Below the pieces are notes generated by a model. That model saw only the letters and a list, made by a program, of their open reading frames with translations. It made no database searches and had not been told where the DNA came from. From NCBI GenBank assembly GCA_963771275.1, contig CAVYSW010000003.1:960001-1024000 (forward strand): 64,000 nt of DNA, written 5' to 3'. Of the stretch, positions 51,650-63,528 are shown piece by piece. The position numbers and the translations under genes were made by a program. The stretch is from an uncultured Gemmatimonadales bacterium. Its GTDB lineage: Bacteria > Gemmatimonadota > Gemmatimonadetes > Gemmatimonadales > GWC2-71-9. The first letter of the stretch is position 1. Each line of letters begins with the position of its first letter.

Positions 51650-52087
51650 ATGGCCATGACCGGAGTGTCCGCGTCCCCCGAGTTCCTCGCCCTGCAGGAG
51701 GCGGTGGCCGGCCGATACTCGCTCGAGCGCGAGTTGGGCCGCGGGGGCATGGGCGTCGTGTTCCTCGCCCGCGACGTGGCCCTGGACCGTCTGGTCGCGA
51801 TCAAGCTGCTCCCCCCGGACCTCGCAGCCCTCTCGGAGGTGCGCACGCGGTTCCTGCGCGAAGCGCGGACAGCCGCGGGTCTCGCTCACCCCAACATCGT
51901 GCCGATCCACAGCGTCGAGGAGACGCGCGGTCTGGTGTTCTTCGTGATGGGGTATGTGGACGGCGAGACGCTGGGCGCCCGGGTGCGGCGCGCGAGGCCG
52001 CTTCCCCCGCGCGACGTGATGCGGGTGATCCAGGAAGTGGCGTGGGATCGTGCATCGCGACGTGAAGCCCGACAACGTGCTGATCGA

Positions 52088-52088
<1 letters not shown>
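51650..52088 (+). pseudogene. Truncated Ser/Thr kinase N-lobe with a small internal deletion
   Basis: LGRGGMGVV, VAIK, HPNIVPI; EVAW jumps out of frame to [15 protein letters not shown], then the kinase sequence ends. Confidence 0.8.
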
Positions 52089-53327
<1,239 letters not shown>

Positions 53328-53527
53328 TCACGAACCACACGATCGCAGGACGAGTCGTCGTCATCGCCATGCCCCAAGGGATGCACCCCTGCGCCCGGGA
53401 GTTGTGAGGCGCGGGAGCTGCGGTCGAACAGCGGGCGTGGCTCCGATGCCAAGGGGCCGGGCGGATTCGATCCTGAGGCGCGAGTCGCCAGACGAGCGCC
53501 GTGGACTGAAGCGGCCCGGCGCCAACA

Positions 53528-53555
53528 CGAAGGGCCCGCATACGCGGGCCCTTCG
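53528..53555 (-). terminator. Hairpin terminator downstream of tRNA-Cys
   Basis: 12-bp stem CGAAGGGCCCGC/GCGGGCCCTTCG with a 4-nt loop. Confidence 0.75.
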
Positions 53556-53557
53556 AG

Positions 53558-53629
<72 letters not shown>

Positions 53630-53694
53630 GTGGGCTAGGAACTTCGCCACCGCCGGCGCCGCGAGCAAGTCTTGGACCTCGAACACAGGATTCG

Positions 53695-54819
53695 TCAGGA
53701 ATCGCGCGATTCCGGCCGCGATTCGGCCGGCCCTTCGACATCCTCGCGGGGCAGCTCGGTGGCCAGGAACTCCAGTGTCTGCCGGCGGCCCACGGCGCTG
53801 CTGAGCGCCGCGACCACCGCGGGATCGAACACGCTGCCGGCCAGCTCGCGCATCTGCGCCACCGCTTCCGCCGGCGCCACGCTCCGGTGGTACGGCCGCT
53901 GCGACGTCAGGGCGTCATACGTCTCGGCCGCATGGATGATCCGGGCGCCAACCGGAATGCTCGCCCCCGCCAGGCCACCGGGATACCCCTTGCCGTCCCA
54001 CCGCTCGTGGTGGCTCCGCACGAAATCCCGGACGATCCCCAGGTGCTTCAAGGGCGCCAAGATGCGCGCGCCCACCGCGGCATGCTCTCGCACGCGCTGG
54101 AACTCCTCATCGGTGAGCCGCCCCTCCTTGCCCAGCACCGAGTCCGGCACCCCGATCATGCCGATGTCGTGCAGCCGGCCCGCCGTCCGCATCTGCTCGA
54201 TCTCGTTCTCGCCGAGTCCCATCTGCGACGCGATGGTCGCGGCGAACGCCGCCACCCGCTCCGAATGGCCCGCCCAGTACGAGCTCCGCGCCTCCAGCGC
54301 CATGACCAGCGTGGCCAGCGTGGCGACGCTCACCTCCTCGAGCTGCTGTTTGGCAAGCTCCAGCTCGCGCGTGCGCCGGGTGACCTCGCGCCTGAGCCAC
54401 GCGCCGATCTCCCGGTCCTGTGTGAGCACGTCCCGGCGCTTGAGGGCCTTCTTGATCGTCGCCTCGAGCGTGGCGAAATCGACGGGCTTCTGCAGGTAGT
54501 CGAGCGCACCGCGTTGCACGGCGGTGGCCGCCCCCACGGGATCGCCGACTCCGCTCAGCATGACGATCGCCAGGTCCGGGGCGATCTCCAGCGCACCGGG
54601 GATCATGTCCACTCCGCTCGTCCCCGGCATGTTGATGTCCAGCAACATGAGATCTGGCGCGTGGCTGCGGATCAGCTCGAGGGCCGCATCGGCCGAGGCC
54701 GCGTCGAGCACGGCGTAGTGGTTCAGCTCGAACCACTTCCGTAGGGTACGCCGGATGCCGCCCTCATCGTCCACGACGAGGACACGAATCGGATCCATCC
54801 CCGCGTTCTCTGACACCAT
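53695..54819 (-). CDS. Response regulator with HD-GYP phosphodiesterase domain (RpfG-like)
   Basis: VLVVDDE, LLDINMPG, YLQKP; GHSERVA, LHDIG, HHERWDGKGYP. Confidence 0.92.
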   Translation of the reverse strand: MVSENAGMDPIRVLVVDDEGGIRRTLRKWFELNHYAVLDAASADAALELIRSHAPDLMLLDINMPGTSGVDMIPGALEIAPDLAIVMLSGVGDPVGAATAVQRGALDYLQKPVDFATLEATIKKALKRRDVLTQDREIGAWLRREVTRRTRELELAKQQLEEVSVATLATLVMALEARSSYWAGHSERVAAFAATIASQMGLGENEIEQMRTAGRLHDIGMIGVPDSVLGKEGRLTDEEFQRVREHAAVGARILAPLKHLGIVRDFVRSHHERWDGKGYPGGLAGASIPVGARIIHAAETYDALTSQRPYHRSVAPAEAVAQMRELAGSVFDPAVVAALSSAVGRRQTLEFLATELPREDVEGPAESRPESRDS

Positions 54820-55120
54820 GCCGCCTCGGGCGTGATCGGGGTGACGCATGGTTCGACGACGCCGTGCTGCCGCGGACGACGCACCGCGAGCTTCAACTGC
54901 TGGGTCAAGCACGTATACAGTTGACGACACCGGGCCAGGTGTCAACCTGCTACTGGTAGCAAGGGAGGATTGGTCGCGCGGCCAGCCACAGCTGGATGCG
55001 GTGCGACAGCAACGAGCCAAGTACCTGTGGCACTTGTTGTTAGCGAATCACCGCGGTGCGAAGGCGAGGATCGCCCGACCCGGGTGGCAGGGCGCGGTTC
55101 GCGCCCCGCCACCCGGCTTT

Positions 55121-55741
55121 TCACCCGCCGAACGGCACCCCCAGCCCAAGGTGCAGCTGGATGTCGAGCTGCCGGAGCTGCTGCGCGGTGGCCGTCGTTC
55201 CTTGATACTGCCCCGTGTAGGTGAACAGGTCAGCCCCCACATGCAGCCCGATCGGCCCGAGCCGAACCGCCGCGCCGCCGCCGAACACGCCGGAGACGTC
55301 CGTCGTGCCCGCCTCACTCGTGAACGCCACCCCGCCACGGCTCACGACCCCCACGCCGCCGTTCACGTAGAGCGACAGCGGGCTGGACGCCGGAATGAGA
55401 AACAGCACCACCTGCCCGGCACCCGTGAACAGCCGGGCCTTCTGCGAGGAGAGCGACGTGCCGCTGCTGTCGAGCTTGAAGGTGGTCGGCACATAGTTGC
55501 CGCTCAGGTCGATCCCGATCCGGTTGCCGAACCACAGGCCGACCCGGGCGCCGAACGAGAGGCCGGCCTCCAGCTTGTAGATGTCGGTCGTGGTGGCGAC
55601 GTCGTACATCGCCTTGGTCGGGACATACAGGCCGATCTGTGGCGACAGACTCAGGCGCTGGGCGTGCGCGACGCCTCCAGACGTCAGCGCCAGTACCATC
55701 CCTCCCACTACCAGCCATCCGCCGCGACGATTGACGGACAT
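55121..55741 (-). CDS. Small outer-membrane beta-barrel protein
   Basis: Signal peptide (AHA) followed by about 8 amphipathic beta-strands. Confidence 0.7.
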   Translation of the reverse strand: MSVNRRGGWLVVGGMVLALTSGGVAHAQRLSLSPQIGLYVPTKAMYDVATTTDIYKLEAGLSFGARVGLWFGNRIGIDLSGNYVPTTFKLDSSGTSLSSQKARLFTGAGQVVLFLIPASSPLSLYVNGGVGVVSRGGVAFTSEAGTTDVSGVFGGGAAVRLGPIGLHVGADLFTYTGQYQGTTATAQQLRQLDIQLHLGLGVPFGG

Positions 55742-55848
55742 GATTCCCCCCCCGAACGCGTTTGGCGGGCGCCGCCGAATGCGGCGTCTCCTTCACGCCA
55801 ACCTAGGGACGCCGGCGGAGAGGATCGTGACCCGGGTCACGCTGCGTG

Positions 55849-56655
55849 TCAGGCGCCTCGCACGACGATGTCAAACGCGGCATCCGGAGTGGTCAAGCGG
55901 CTTGGCGTGCCGCCCTGCCGCGACGGCGGGATGATCTCGAAGCGCAGCAGGCGCGCGGCACCGGGCACCGCTCGCTCGCGGTGACCGCGCCACCAGACGT
56001 TCGCCCCGACGTGATGATGGTAGCCGTCATAGGCCAGAAACAACGCGCCGGGATAGCTCCGCACGGTGACCTCCATACCGAGCTGGCCGGCGAATAGCCG
56101 TTCCGCCACATCCAGGTCGGCGACGCTGAGGTGGATGTGCCCGACAACGGTCCCGGCGGGCAGGCCGGCCCCCGCCGGCTCGCCGTCATCCGCCGCGTCG
56201 GCGAGCAGCCCGCGCAGATCGAGTCGCTCCGTACGCATTACGAGCTCGCCATCCGATCGGCGCCACGCCGCCCGCGGCCGGTCGGCGTAGATCTCGATTC
56301 CGTGGCCGTCCGGATCGGCGAGATACAGCGCCTCGCTCACCGTATGGTCCGCGGCGCCCTGGAGCGGCCACCCGGCGGCCTGCAGCCCGGCGAGCGCCCG
56401 CGCGAGGTCGCGGCGCCGCGGCACGAGGAGGGCAACGTGATATAGCCCGGGCCCGACTCCCGCCGGTGTCGCGGCCCCTCCGGAGAGCGCCAGCAGGACC
56501 GTTCCGCCGGGCTCGGCGAGCAGCACGCGCCCGTCGTCCTGCGGTGTGGGGACCATCCCGAGAACGTCCCGGTAGAAGGCGAGCGAGCGGTCGAGATCGG
56601 TGACCGTGAGGTCTACGCGACCGATCCGACGCGCTGGGGCAGGCACAATCGACAT
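55849..56655 (-). CDS. VOC-family protein (CatE-like glyoxalase/dioxygenase)
   Basis: DLDRSLAFYRDVLG, GLYHVALL, DHTVSEALYLADPDGHGIEIYADRP, GHIHL, GYHHHVGAN. Confidence 0.9.
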   Translation of the reverse strand: MSIVPAPARRIGRVDLTVTDLDRSLAFYRDVLGMVPTPQDDGRVLLAEPGGTVLLALSGGAATPAGVGPGLYHVALLVPRRRDLARALAGLQAAGWPLQGAADHTVSEALYLADPDGHGIEIYADRPRAAWRRSDGELVMRTERLDLRGLLADAADDGEPAGAGLPAGTVVGHIHLSVADLDVAERLFAGQLGMEVTVRSYPGALFLAYDGYHHHVGANVWWRGHRERAVPGAARLLRFEIIPPSRQGGTPSRLTTPDAAFDIVVRGA

Positions 56656-56664
56656 GGGCGTGAT

Positions 56665-57918
56665 CTACTGCCGCAGCGCCGCCAGGCGCCGCGCGACCGC
56701 CGCGCGCCGGTCGTCCGTCGCTTCGCTGAGCGCGAGGAACTTGGCGTATTGCGCCGCGGCCCCCTCCCGGTCATCGAGCCGTTGGAGTGCGAGACCCCGT
56801 AGCAGGTAGGGCTCCGCCCAGTACGGCTCGCGCTCGAGCAGCGGCTCCAGCGTCGTGGCGGCGGCGCGGCTGTCACCGCTGCCGTAGTAGTGGTTGGCGA
56901 GCGTCAGGCGGGCCACCGCGGCGTCGGGGGCAACCTCCAGCGCCAGCTCGAGCTCCTTCCGGGCGCCGGCCGTATCGCCCGCGGCCGCCAGCAGTCTGCC
57001 AAGCCGGACGTGGGCGGGATAGAACGCAAGATCTTCGACCAGCGCCCGGCCGTACGCTTCCCGCGCGCCCGCCGTGTCGCCCGCGCTCTCCAACGCGACG
57101 CCGAGGCTGTGCTCCAGCAGCGCCTTGGATTCGTAGACCCGGATCGTCACGCTCTCGTCGCGACGCCGCAGCTCGTCGATCGCCCACTGCAACTCGACCT
57201 GGGCCGAGTCCCGGCGTCCGCTGAGGTAGAACGCGCGCCCGCGTTGTGCATGGAGCCGGCTGCGATAGTCGTGCTCGTCGCCGGGAGCCTTGCGCAGCGC
57301 TTCCGCGTAGTACCTCAGCGCGTCGGGCAACCGCCGCTCGGCATACGCCAGCCACGCTCGCCACCACGCCGCCGCCGGGGTCCTCAGGTACAACTCCACC
57401 GCGTTCTTCACCTCCTGGCGCATGCGCTCCACGTCGGACGCCAGATAGCGCTGTCGGAGGTCGGCCATCGTCCGCTCGGTCAGGTATGCCATGATGACGT
57501 CGCGCTCGAGATCCTCATAGACGAACGGATCGACCTCCAGCGCGCGCAGGCGCAGCGAGTCCAGCTGGCGTGCCTCGGGCGACTCGATGACCGACCTCGC
57601 CCCCTCCATGAAGGACACCAGCCGGTCCGGGCGCGACAGGATCAGCGCGTCCCGGCGCGCATAGAGCGGGTCGGCCCAGTCCGGCGCGAGGCGCGAGGCC
57701 CAGAAGAACGCGTCCGCGGCCACACCGGCACGGCCCGCGCGCAGGCGCTCCACGCCGAACGCGTAGTACGCCGCGGCGCTGTTCGTATCGGCTCCCTGGG
57801 AAAGGCGGGGCCGCCCGGGAGCCTGACCCTGGGCACGCACCCCGGCCGGGGTCGTGACGAGGACCGCCAACAGCAACGCCCCTCCGGCGAAGGAGCCCGA
57901 TCGAGGCAGTGACATCAT
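56665..57918 (-). CDS. Secreted tetratricopeptide-repeat protein
   Basis: Signal peptide, DTNSAAAYY...AFFWASRLAP, multiple TPRs (AREAYGRAL...FYPAHVRLG; EPYWAEPYLLRG). Confidence 0.8.
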   Translation of the reverse strand: MMSLPRSGSFAGGALLLAVLVTTPAGVRAQGQAPGRPRLSQGADTNSAAAYYAFGVERLRAGRAGVAADAFFWASRLAPDWADPLYARRDALILSRPDRLVSFMEGARSVIESPEARQLDSLRLRALEVDPFVYEDLERDVIMAYLTERTMADLRQRYLASDVERMRQEVKNAVELYLRTPAAAWWRAWLAYAERRLPDALRYYAEALRKAPGDEHDYRSRLHAQRGRAFYLSGRRDSAQVELQWAIDELRRRDESVTIRVYESKALLEHSLGVALESAGDTAGAREAYGRALVEDLAFYPAHVRLGRLLAAAGDTAGARKELELALEVAPDAAVARLTLANHYYGSGDSRAAATTLEPLLEREPYWAEPYLLRGLALQRLDDREGAAAQYAKFLALSEATDDRRAAVARRLAALRQ

Positions 57919-57986
57919 ACCCGGTGAACGCGACACGGGCGGGAAGCTATGGCCTCCCGCCCGTGCGTCAAACCCTGTCCGGCGCG

Positions 57987-58826
57987 CTACTTCGTGAACG
58001 TCGTGATCAGTGTGCCGTCGCCAAGGCCGCCCTGATCGCCGGTCCCGTTGAACGAGCCGGTGAACGTCTGGGGCGACTTCCCCTTCACATACACCGTGAC
58101 GACGTAGTTGGTGGACGCCGCACTGCAGTTGGACCAGTAGTCCAGTCGCACGATGTACGAGCCGCTCGGCGCCGTGCCGCTGGGCCACGTGACGTTCTCG
58201 TTGCGGGGTTGATCCGTCCCGCAGGCCGCGTTCGAGTCGAGGTCGAGCTCGCCGCCGGACGCGGCAGAACTGTTCCCGTAGTAGATCTCCTCGCCGCTCG
58301 GATCCACGACGTGGAGGTCCACGTCGGCCGCGGTGTTCCACGACACGCTCACCTGGACATCGCCGGTGCCGACCGTCACCAGGGCCACGCTCTGGCTGGC
58401 ATACGCGCCGATCGTCGTGGCGCTCGCGCCCGCGGCCAGCGACAGCGTGAAGGACGCCGTCGGGATCTGCTGGGCCAAGGTGATCACGAGGTTCGCCGCG
58501 TTGGTCGCCGCCGGGAGCGTGAGCTGGTAGTAGTCCGACTGCCCGTCCACGGCAATGATCACGACCGTGAACTGATCGGCGCTCGTCAGCCCCACCTCGG
58601 AGCTGCCGCCGTTGATCGCCTGGGACGGGGCGGTGGCGCTCACCGTGGGGCCGGCCGCGGCGGTGGGCGCGTTGCCGCGCACCAGGGTCGCCGTCACGGT
58701 GCCGCCGGCCAGGGCCACTTTGGCCAGGTACTGCTGGATGCCCGTGAGGGGGGCCGTCGAATCACTGCAACTCAGCACCGCTGCCGCGCACGCGACCGCG
58801 AAGACACTGCGCACTACCGCTCGCAT
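57987..58826 (-). CDS. Lipoprotein with a YfaP/DUF2135-like domain
   Basis: Lipobox VLSC; GDVQVSVSWN..ADVDLHVVDPSGEEIYYG...LDLDSN...NENVTW. Confidence 0.8.
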   Translation of the reverse strand: MRAVVRSVFAVACAAAVLSCSDSTAPLTGIQQYLAKVALAGGTVTATLVRGNAPTAAAGPTVSATAPSQAINGGSSEVGLTSADQFTVVIIAVDGQSDYYQLTLPAATNAANLVITLAQQIPTASFTLSLAAGASATTIGAYASQSVALVTVGTGDVQVSVSWNTAADVDLHVVDPSGEEIYYGNSSAASGGELDLDSNAACGTDQPRNENVTWPSGTAPSGSYIVRLDYWSNCSAASTNYVVTVYVKGKSPQTFTGSFNGTGDQGGLGDGTLITTFTK

Positions 58827-58954
58827 GGATGCTCTCCTTGAAGAACACTGGGGTTCCGTACGGGACCGGCCTCGAACGAGACAAGATACATACACGGCGG
58901 TGGCTGGGCGTGATCCACGTCACGCCCCGGCCCGGCCCGCTCCCGCCGCGCAGC

Positions 58955-61060
58955 TCAGCCGCCCCGCTGCCCCGGCTGGTCGATCAGCCAATGCACGAGC
59001 CACGACCGGATCCGTTCCAGCCGGTCCACCAGGAGCCACGGCTCGCCGGTCCGCGACAGCCCATGCGACGACCGCGGGTACCGCACGAGCTCGACCGGGA
59101 CCTGGCGCTTCTTGAGCGCCATGAACCACTGCTCGCCCTCGGCCATCGGTGTCCGGTAGTCGTTCTCGCCCTCGATGATCAGGGTCGGCGCGGTGACGTG
59201 CTCGACGTACGAGATCGGGGAAAGCCGGCGATAGCGCTCCCGCTCCGCCCATGGCGACCCGAAGAACGCGTAGTCGGTGAGCCCCTGCGCGTCCGATGCG
59301 CCGTACCAGCTCTCCCAGTTGGCGATCGAGCGGCTGGTGACCGCCGCGGCGAAGCGGTTGGTCGTGGCCGTGAGCCAGTTGGTCATGTACCCGCCGTAGC
59401 TCCCCCCCGAGACGCCGAGCCGCTTGGGATCGATCTCGGGGTACTTGGCCAGCGCGGCGTCCACGCCCTTGAGATAGTCCTCCGAGTCCACTTCGCCCCA
59501 CGCGCCCCGCGTCGCCCACTGGTACTTGTGACCGTATCCGGTCGAACCGCGGGGGTTGGTGTACAGCACGAACATCCCCGCCCCGGAGAGGATGTGGAAC
59601 GTGTCGAAGTAGGTGTTGCCGTAGGCGCCGTACGGCCCGCCGTGGATCTTGAGCACCATCGGGTACTTCCTGCCCGGCTGGAACCCGACCGGCTTCACCA
59701 CCCAGCCCTCGATCTCGGTTCCGTCTGCCACCCGCCAGGTGAGGCGCTCGGCGGGCATGCGGACGGTCTCGGCGAGCCAGGCGCCGTTGAACGAGGTCGC
59801 CCGCGTTTCGCCCCGCCCGTCACCCAGCGCCACGAACACCTCCGCCGGCGTCACGGCGTCGGTCGCCGTGTACGCCATGACCCGCCCGTCGCCGCTCCAC
59901 GAAACGGCGTTGAGCTGGCGGTCACCGGTCGTGATCTGTCGCACCGCCCCACCCGTCGCCGCGACTTCGAACACCTGCGCGTTGCCACCGATCCCCGCCT
60001 CCCAGTGCAGCGCCCGCGAGTCGGCGGTCCACGACGGGCTCTCGGGAATCAGGTCCCAGTCCCCCGTGAGATTCATCGGCTCGCCCGCGAAGCCCCCGTC
60101 GGCGCCGAGCGCCACGACCATGATCTCGGGCTGGCTGCCGCGCTCGGCGGTGGCGACGTAGGCCAGCATCTTCCCGTCGGGGGAGACCGCCGGCGCGGTT
60201 TCCGAGCCGGGGTTCCTCGTCAGGGCTCGGGGCTCGCCGCCCGCGACGGCGACGGCGTAGACCTGCTGCGTGTTCTCCTCGTTGTACTCGTTGTCCTGCT
60301 CGGGATTGCCGGTGAAATAGAGCGTGCGGCCGTCGCGGCTCCACACCACGCCGCCCACGTCGAACGGCAGGCTCGTGAGCTGCCGCGGCTCGCCGCCCGC
60401 GGCCGGCACCACGAACAGCTGGCTCTTCTTGCGGATCGACGGATCGGGCAGCAGTGCCAACGTGCCATCCCGCTTGTAGCGGATCGCCGTGACCACCCGG
60501 CCGTCGAACCGCTTGGCGTCGAGCGTGTGGCTGATCGCGTTGGCCGCGATCCACCCTTCTCGCTGCCCCCCTGCCTCTCTGCCCCCTTCCTGCTCGTCTT
60601 CCCCGCCCGGCGCCCGCGTGTACGCGATCCAGTTTCCGTCAGGCGACCAGACCGGCGAGCCGTTCACCCCGGCGATGTGGTACGCCTCGCCGCCCGGCGC
60701 CGTAACGCGGGCGAACCAGACGGAGTTCCGGTCGTCACCGCGCCGGGAGGAGAATGCCAGCACGGCGCCGTCCGGCGCCCAGCGTGGGGCCGACGACTCC
60801 ACGGTGGGGTCGGTGAACCGGAACGGCGCCCCGGTGGGGCGCCCGCGGTCGAGCCGCTGGAGCCAGATCTCCTGGTGCCGCCGGTTCTTGTCTTCGACCA
60901 CGGTCTGCACCGTGAACGCGACGTAGTCACCGGTGGGTGACACCTGGACGTCGCTCACGAACGTCATGCGGTAGTAGTCCTGCGGGAGGACGCCGCGGGT
61001 CTGGGCCGCGGCCGGTCCGGCCGCGCCAAACAGGAGGACGCCGAGGATGAGTCCACGCAT
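58955..61060 (-). CDS. S9 family peptidase (acylaminoacyl/dipeptidyl peptidase)
   Basis: Signal peptide, PD40 propeller repeats, IHGGP, NPRGSTGYG, GGSYGG, ENDYR, HG. Confidence 0.93.
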   Translation of the reverse strand: MRGLILGVLLFGAAGPAAAQTRGVLPQDYYRMTFVSDVQVSPTGDYVAFTVQTVVEDKNRRHQEIWLQRLDRGRPTGAPFRFTDPTVESSAPRWAPDGAVLAFSSRRGDDRNSVWFARVTAPGGEAYHIAGVNGSPVWSPDGNWIAYTRAPGGEDEQEGGREAGGQREGWIAANAISHTLDAKRFDGRVVTAIRYKRDGTLALLPDPSIRKKSQLFVVPAAGGEPRQLTSLPFDVGGVVWSRDGRTLYFTGNPEQDNEYNEENTQQVYAVAVAGGEPRALTRNPGSETAPAVSPDGKMLAYVATAERGSQPEIMVVALGADGGFAGEPMNLTGDWDLIPESPSWTADSRALHWEAGIGGNAQVFEVAATGGAVRQITTGDRQLNAVSWSGDGRVMAYTATDAVTPAEVFVALGDGRGETRATSFNGAWLAETVRMPAERLTWRVADGTEIEGWVVKPVGFQPGRKYPMVLKIHGGPYGAYGNTYFDTFHILSGAGMFVLYTNPRGSTGYGHKYQWATRGAWGEVDSEDYLKGVDAALAKYPEIDPKRLGVSGGSYGGYMTNWLTATTNRFAAAVTSRSIANWESWYGASDAQGLTDYAFFGSPWAERERYRRLSPISYVEHVTAPTLIIEGENDYRTPMAEGEQWFMALKKRQVPVELVRYPRSSHGLSRTGEPWLLVDRLERIRSWLVHWLIDQPGQRGG

Positions 61061-61121
61061 GCGGAAGCTCCGAGGGTCGAGAGTCGTGGCAACGGAACGG
61101 TGTAAGATGGCGGCGGCGGAC

Positions 61122-61220
61122 GGGAGTGGCGAGGGGCGAGGCGTGCAGCGTGTAGCGTGTAGCGAGAAACGGGAAACGACGTTGTCTCGGTCGGCTCCCG
61201 TTTCCCCTTTCCCGCCTCCC
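61122..61220. repeat. Heptamer arrays in inverted arrangement
   Basis: GGGAGTG GCGAGGG GCGAGGC GTGCAGC GTGTAGC GTGTAGC GAGAAAC GGGAAAC ... GGCTCCC GTTTCCC CTTTCCC GCCTCCC. Confidence 0.7.
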
Positions 61221-61224
61221 CCGC

Positions 61225-61929
61225 CTATCGCCCCGGCATCTTCATCTCGCGATAGTCGCTTGGTGGGGCGAACAACCCCGGGTCGAGCGACTTCTTCTCG
61301 ACCTGGGTCGCGACCATGCTCATCTCGTTCTTGTCGGATTTCCTGAAATCCATCTTGAGAAGAAAGGCGCCGTCCTTCAACGTCTTGGCGAATTCCGCCG
61401 CGCCGGGCGGCAGGCTGCCCATCCCCGGCATCCGGCCCATCCCGCTCATCGGCCCGCCGCCCGCGGGCACGCTGAGCCCCATGAACGTGCCCATGCCCTT
61501 GGCCAGACAGAAGTCCGCCTGCGTATCGTCCTTGCTCTGCGTCATCCGGTAGTGCTCGCAGCTGATCCCGGCGATCGTCTCCTTCTGCCCCGTGGGCTCG
61601 AACTTGACGTCCGGATCCGGATGCGCGCGGTCCTGGAGATTCTGCGCCATCGCTCCCACGTTCATCGTGATGTACATCTTCTGTGCAGGCATCAGCGCCG
61701 TCATCGTGCCCGACGCGAGATCCATCAGCATGACGGCCATCTGCCCGCCCGCGTTCATCTCGACCCGCGTCTTCGCACCCTTGATGTAGTACACCGGGTC
61801 CATCGCCTGGCCGCCCTGCCCGGTCATGCGGTAGTGCACCACCCCCTCGAAGCTCCCCTGCGCGGCGAGGCCGCCGGAGCCGAGCATCAGGGCGGTCGGG
61901 ACGAGCAGGCACAACGGTGAGCGGACCAT
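61225..61929 (-). CDS. DUF4412-family secreted protein
   Basis: Signal peptide, FEGVVHYRM, TGQKETIAGISCEHY, LFAPPSDY. Confidence 0.8.
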   Translation of the reverse strand: MVRSPLCLLVPTALMLGSGGLAAQGSFEGVVHYRMTGQGGQAMDPVYYIKGAKTRVEMNAGGQMAVMLMDLASGTMTALMPAQKMYITMNVGAMAQNLQDRAHPDPDVKFEPTGQKETIAGISCEHYRMTQSKDDTQADFCLAKGMGTFMGLSVPAGGGPMSGMGRMPGMGSLPPGAAEFAKTLKDGAFLLKMDFRKSDKNEMSMVATQVEKKSLDPGLFAPPSDYREMKMPGR

Positions 61930-61991
61930 GTGAAGCGACTCCTTGCGAAACGTTATCGTGAATGAGGCGCGACTCCGCGTCGCACCCAGTG

Positions 61992-62471
61992 TCATGGACC
62001 CTGCCGGTTTGGCGACTGCACCCGCCGGCGCAGCCCACGGGCTTCCTCCGGCGTGTACCCCGCCGCCACGAGCCGCCGCTCCGCGTCGAGCGCCTTCACC
62101 GCGCCCTGCAGCGCGTCGAGGCCCACCGCGGCACAGCGCTCGCGAAACCCCACCACCTCCCGGCCGACCAGGTCGAGGTGCCCCTCGAGCGTCATCGCCC
62201 GCACCTCCGCCAGCGTCGGCCGCGTGCGGTTGATCCGCTGAACCAGAAGCGAGGCCGCACCTTGGCTGATGGTACAACCGCTCCCCTCGAACGCCACGGC
62301 CTCGATGTGCTCACCATCGGGCGCGACCTTGACGTGGACACTCACTACATCACCGCATCCGGGGTTGCCCGCCCCGACCACGATGTCCGCGTCCGGGATA
62401 GCGCCCCGATGGCGCGGGTGGCGCTGGTGATCCACCAAGCGCTCGATCAGCTGCTCGCGGCTCAGCGTCAT
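61992..62471 (-). CDS. SufU/IscU-type Fe-S scaffold or sulfur-transfer protein
   Basis: HPRHRG, NPGCGD, FEGSGCTISQGAAS, RERCA. Confidence 0.85.
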   Translation of the reverse strand: MTLSREQLIERLVDHQRHPRHRGAIPDADIVVGAGNPGCGDVVSVHVKVAPDGEHIEAVAFEGSGCTISQGAASLLVQRINRTRPTLAEVRAMTLEGHLDLVGREVVGFRERCAAVGLDALQGAVKALDAERRLVAAGYTPEEARGLRRRVQSPNRQGP

Positions 62472-62478
62472 CGCGTCC

Positions 62479-63369
62479 TCACCGCTCGATCGGCGCGCGC
62501 ACCAGATTGCCCCACTCGGTCCAGGAGCCGTCGTAGTTCCGGACGTGCGCGAAGCCGAGCAGGTACGTGAGCGCGAACCACGTGTGCGACGACCGCTCGC
62601 CGATCCGGCAGTACGCGATCACGTCGTCCGTCGGCGCGAGGCCCTGTTCCGCGACGTAGATCGCCCTGAGCTCCTCGGCGGTGCGGAACACGTGCGTGTC
62701 GGGGTCGACGGCCCGGGCCCACGGGACGTTCCGCGCACCGTGAATGTGCCCGCCGCGGACGGCGCCTTCGTTGGGATAGTCCGGCATGTGCAGCCGCTCG
62801 CCGCGATACTCCTCCGGGCTCCGCACGTCCACCAGCGGCTCCCCCGCGGCAATGTGCGCGAACACGTCGTCCCGCAGCGCGCGGATCTCGCCGTCGTGGC
62901 GCGGGCCCACCACGATCGTACCACGCGGCACCGTCGGGACCTCCCGCACGAGCGGCCGCCCCTCCTGCTCCCAGCGCGCCCGCCCGCCGTCCATGATCTT
63001 CAGGTTGAACGGCCCGAACAGCCCGAAGACCCAGAACGCATAGGTCGCCCACCAGTTGTCCTTGTCGCCATAGAGGACGATCATCGTGTCCCGGTTGATG
63101 CCCTTGGCGCGGAGCAGCTCCTGGAACCGGTCGCTGTCCACGTAGTCGCGCGTCACCGGATCGTTGAGATCGCCCACCCAGTCGATCTTCAGCGCCGCCG
63201 GGATGTGGCCGATCTCGTAGAGCAACAGGTCCTCGTCCGACTCGAGCAGGCGCACCTTCCGGTCGTGCAGGTGGTCCGCGACCCACTGGGTGGACACCAG
63301 CACCTCGGGGCGCGCGTAGCCACGCCGCTCGATCGGCGCGACCGCGGGGGCCGACTGCATCCTCGCCAT
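62479..63369 (-). CDS. sseA: Tandem-domain rhodanese sulfurtransferase (SseA-like)
   Basis: [59 protein letters not shown]. Confidence 0.88.
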   Translation of the reverse strand: MARMQSAPAVAPIERRGYARPEVLVSTQWVADHLHDRKVRLLESDEDLLLYEIGHIPAALKIDWVGDLNDPVTRDYVDSDRFQELLRAKGINRDTMIVLYGDKDNWWATYAFWVFGLFGPFNLKIMDGGRARWEQEGRPLVREVPTVPRGTIVVGPRHDGEIRALRDDVFAHIAAGEPLVDVRSPEEYRGERLHMPDYPNEGAVRGGHIHGARNVPWARAVDPDTHVFRTAEELRAIYVAEQGLAPTDDVIAYCRIGERSSHTWFALTYLLGFAHVRNYDGSWTEWGNLVRAPIER

Positions 63370-63528
63370 GTGCACCTCCTCCGTCCAAGCAGCCAACATC
63401 CTGACCACGACGCCAGATGATAGACAAATATGACACGAATGGTCGGCTTTGCGATGCACCGGCTGGCGGCCCGCCGTTTCCCGCGCCACACTTTGCCGGG
63501 CAATCTCCTCGCGCGATCTGGAGCCGAC

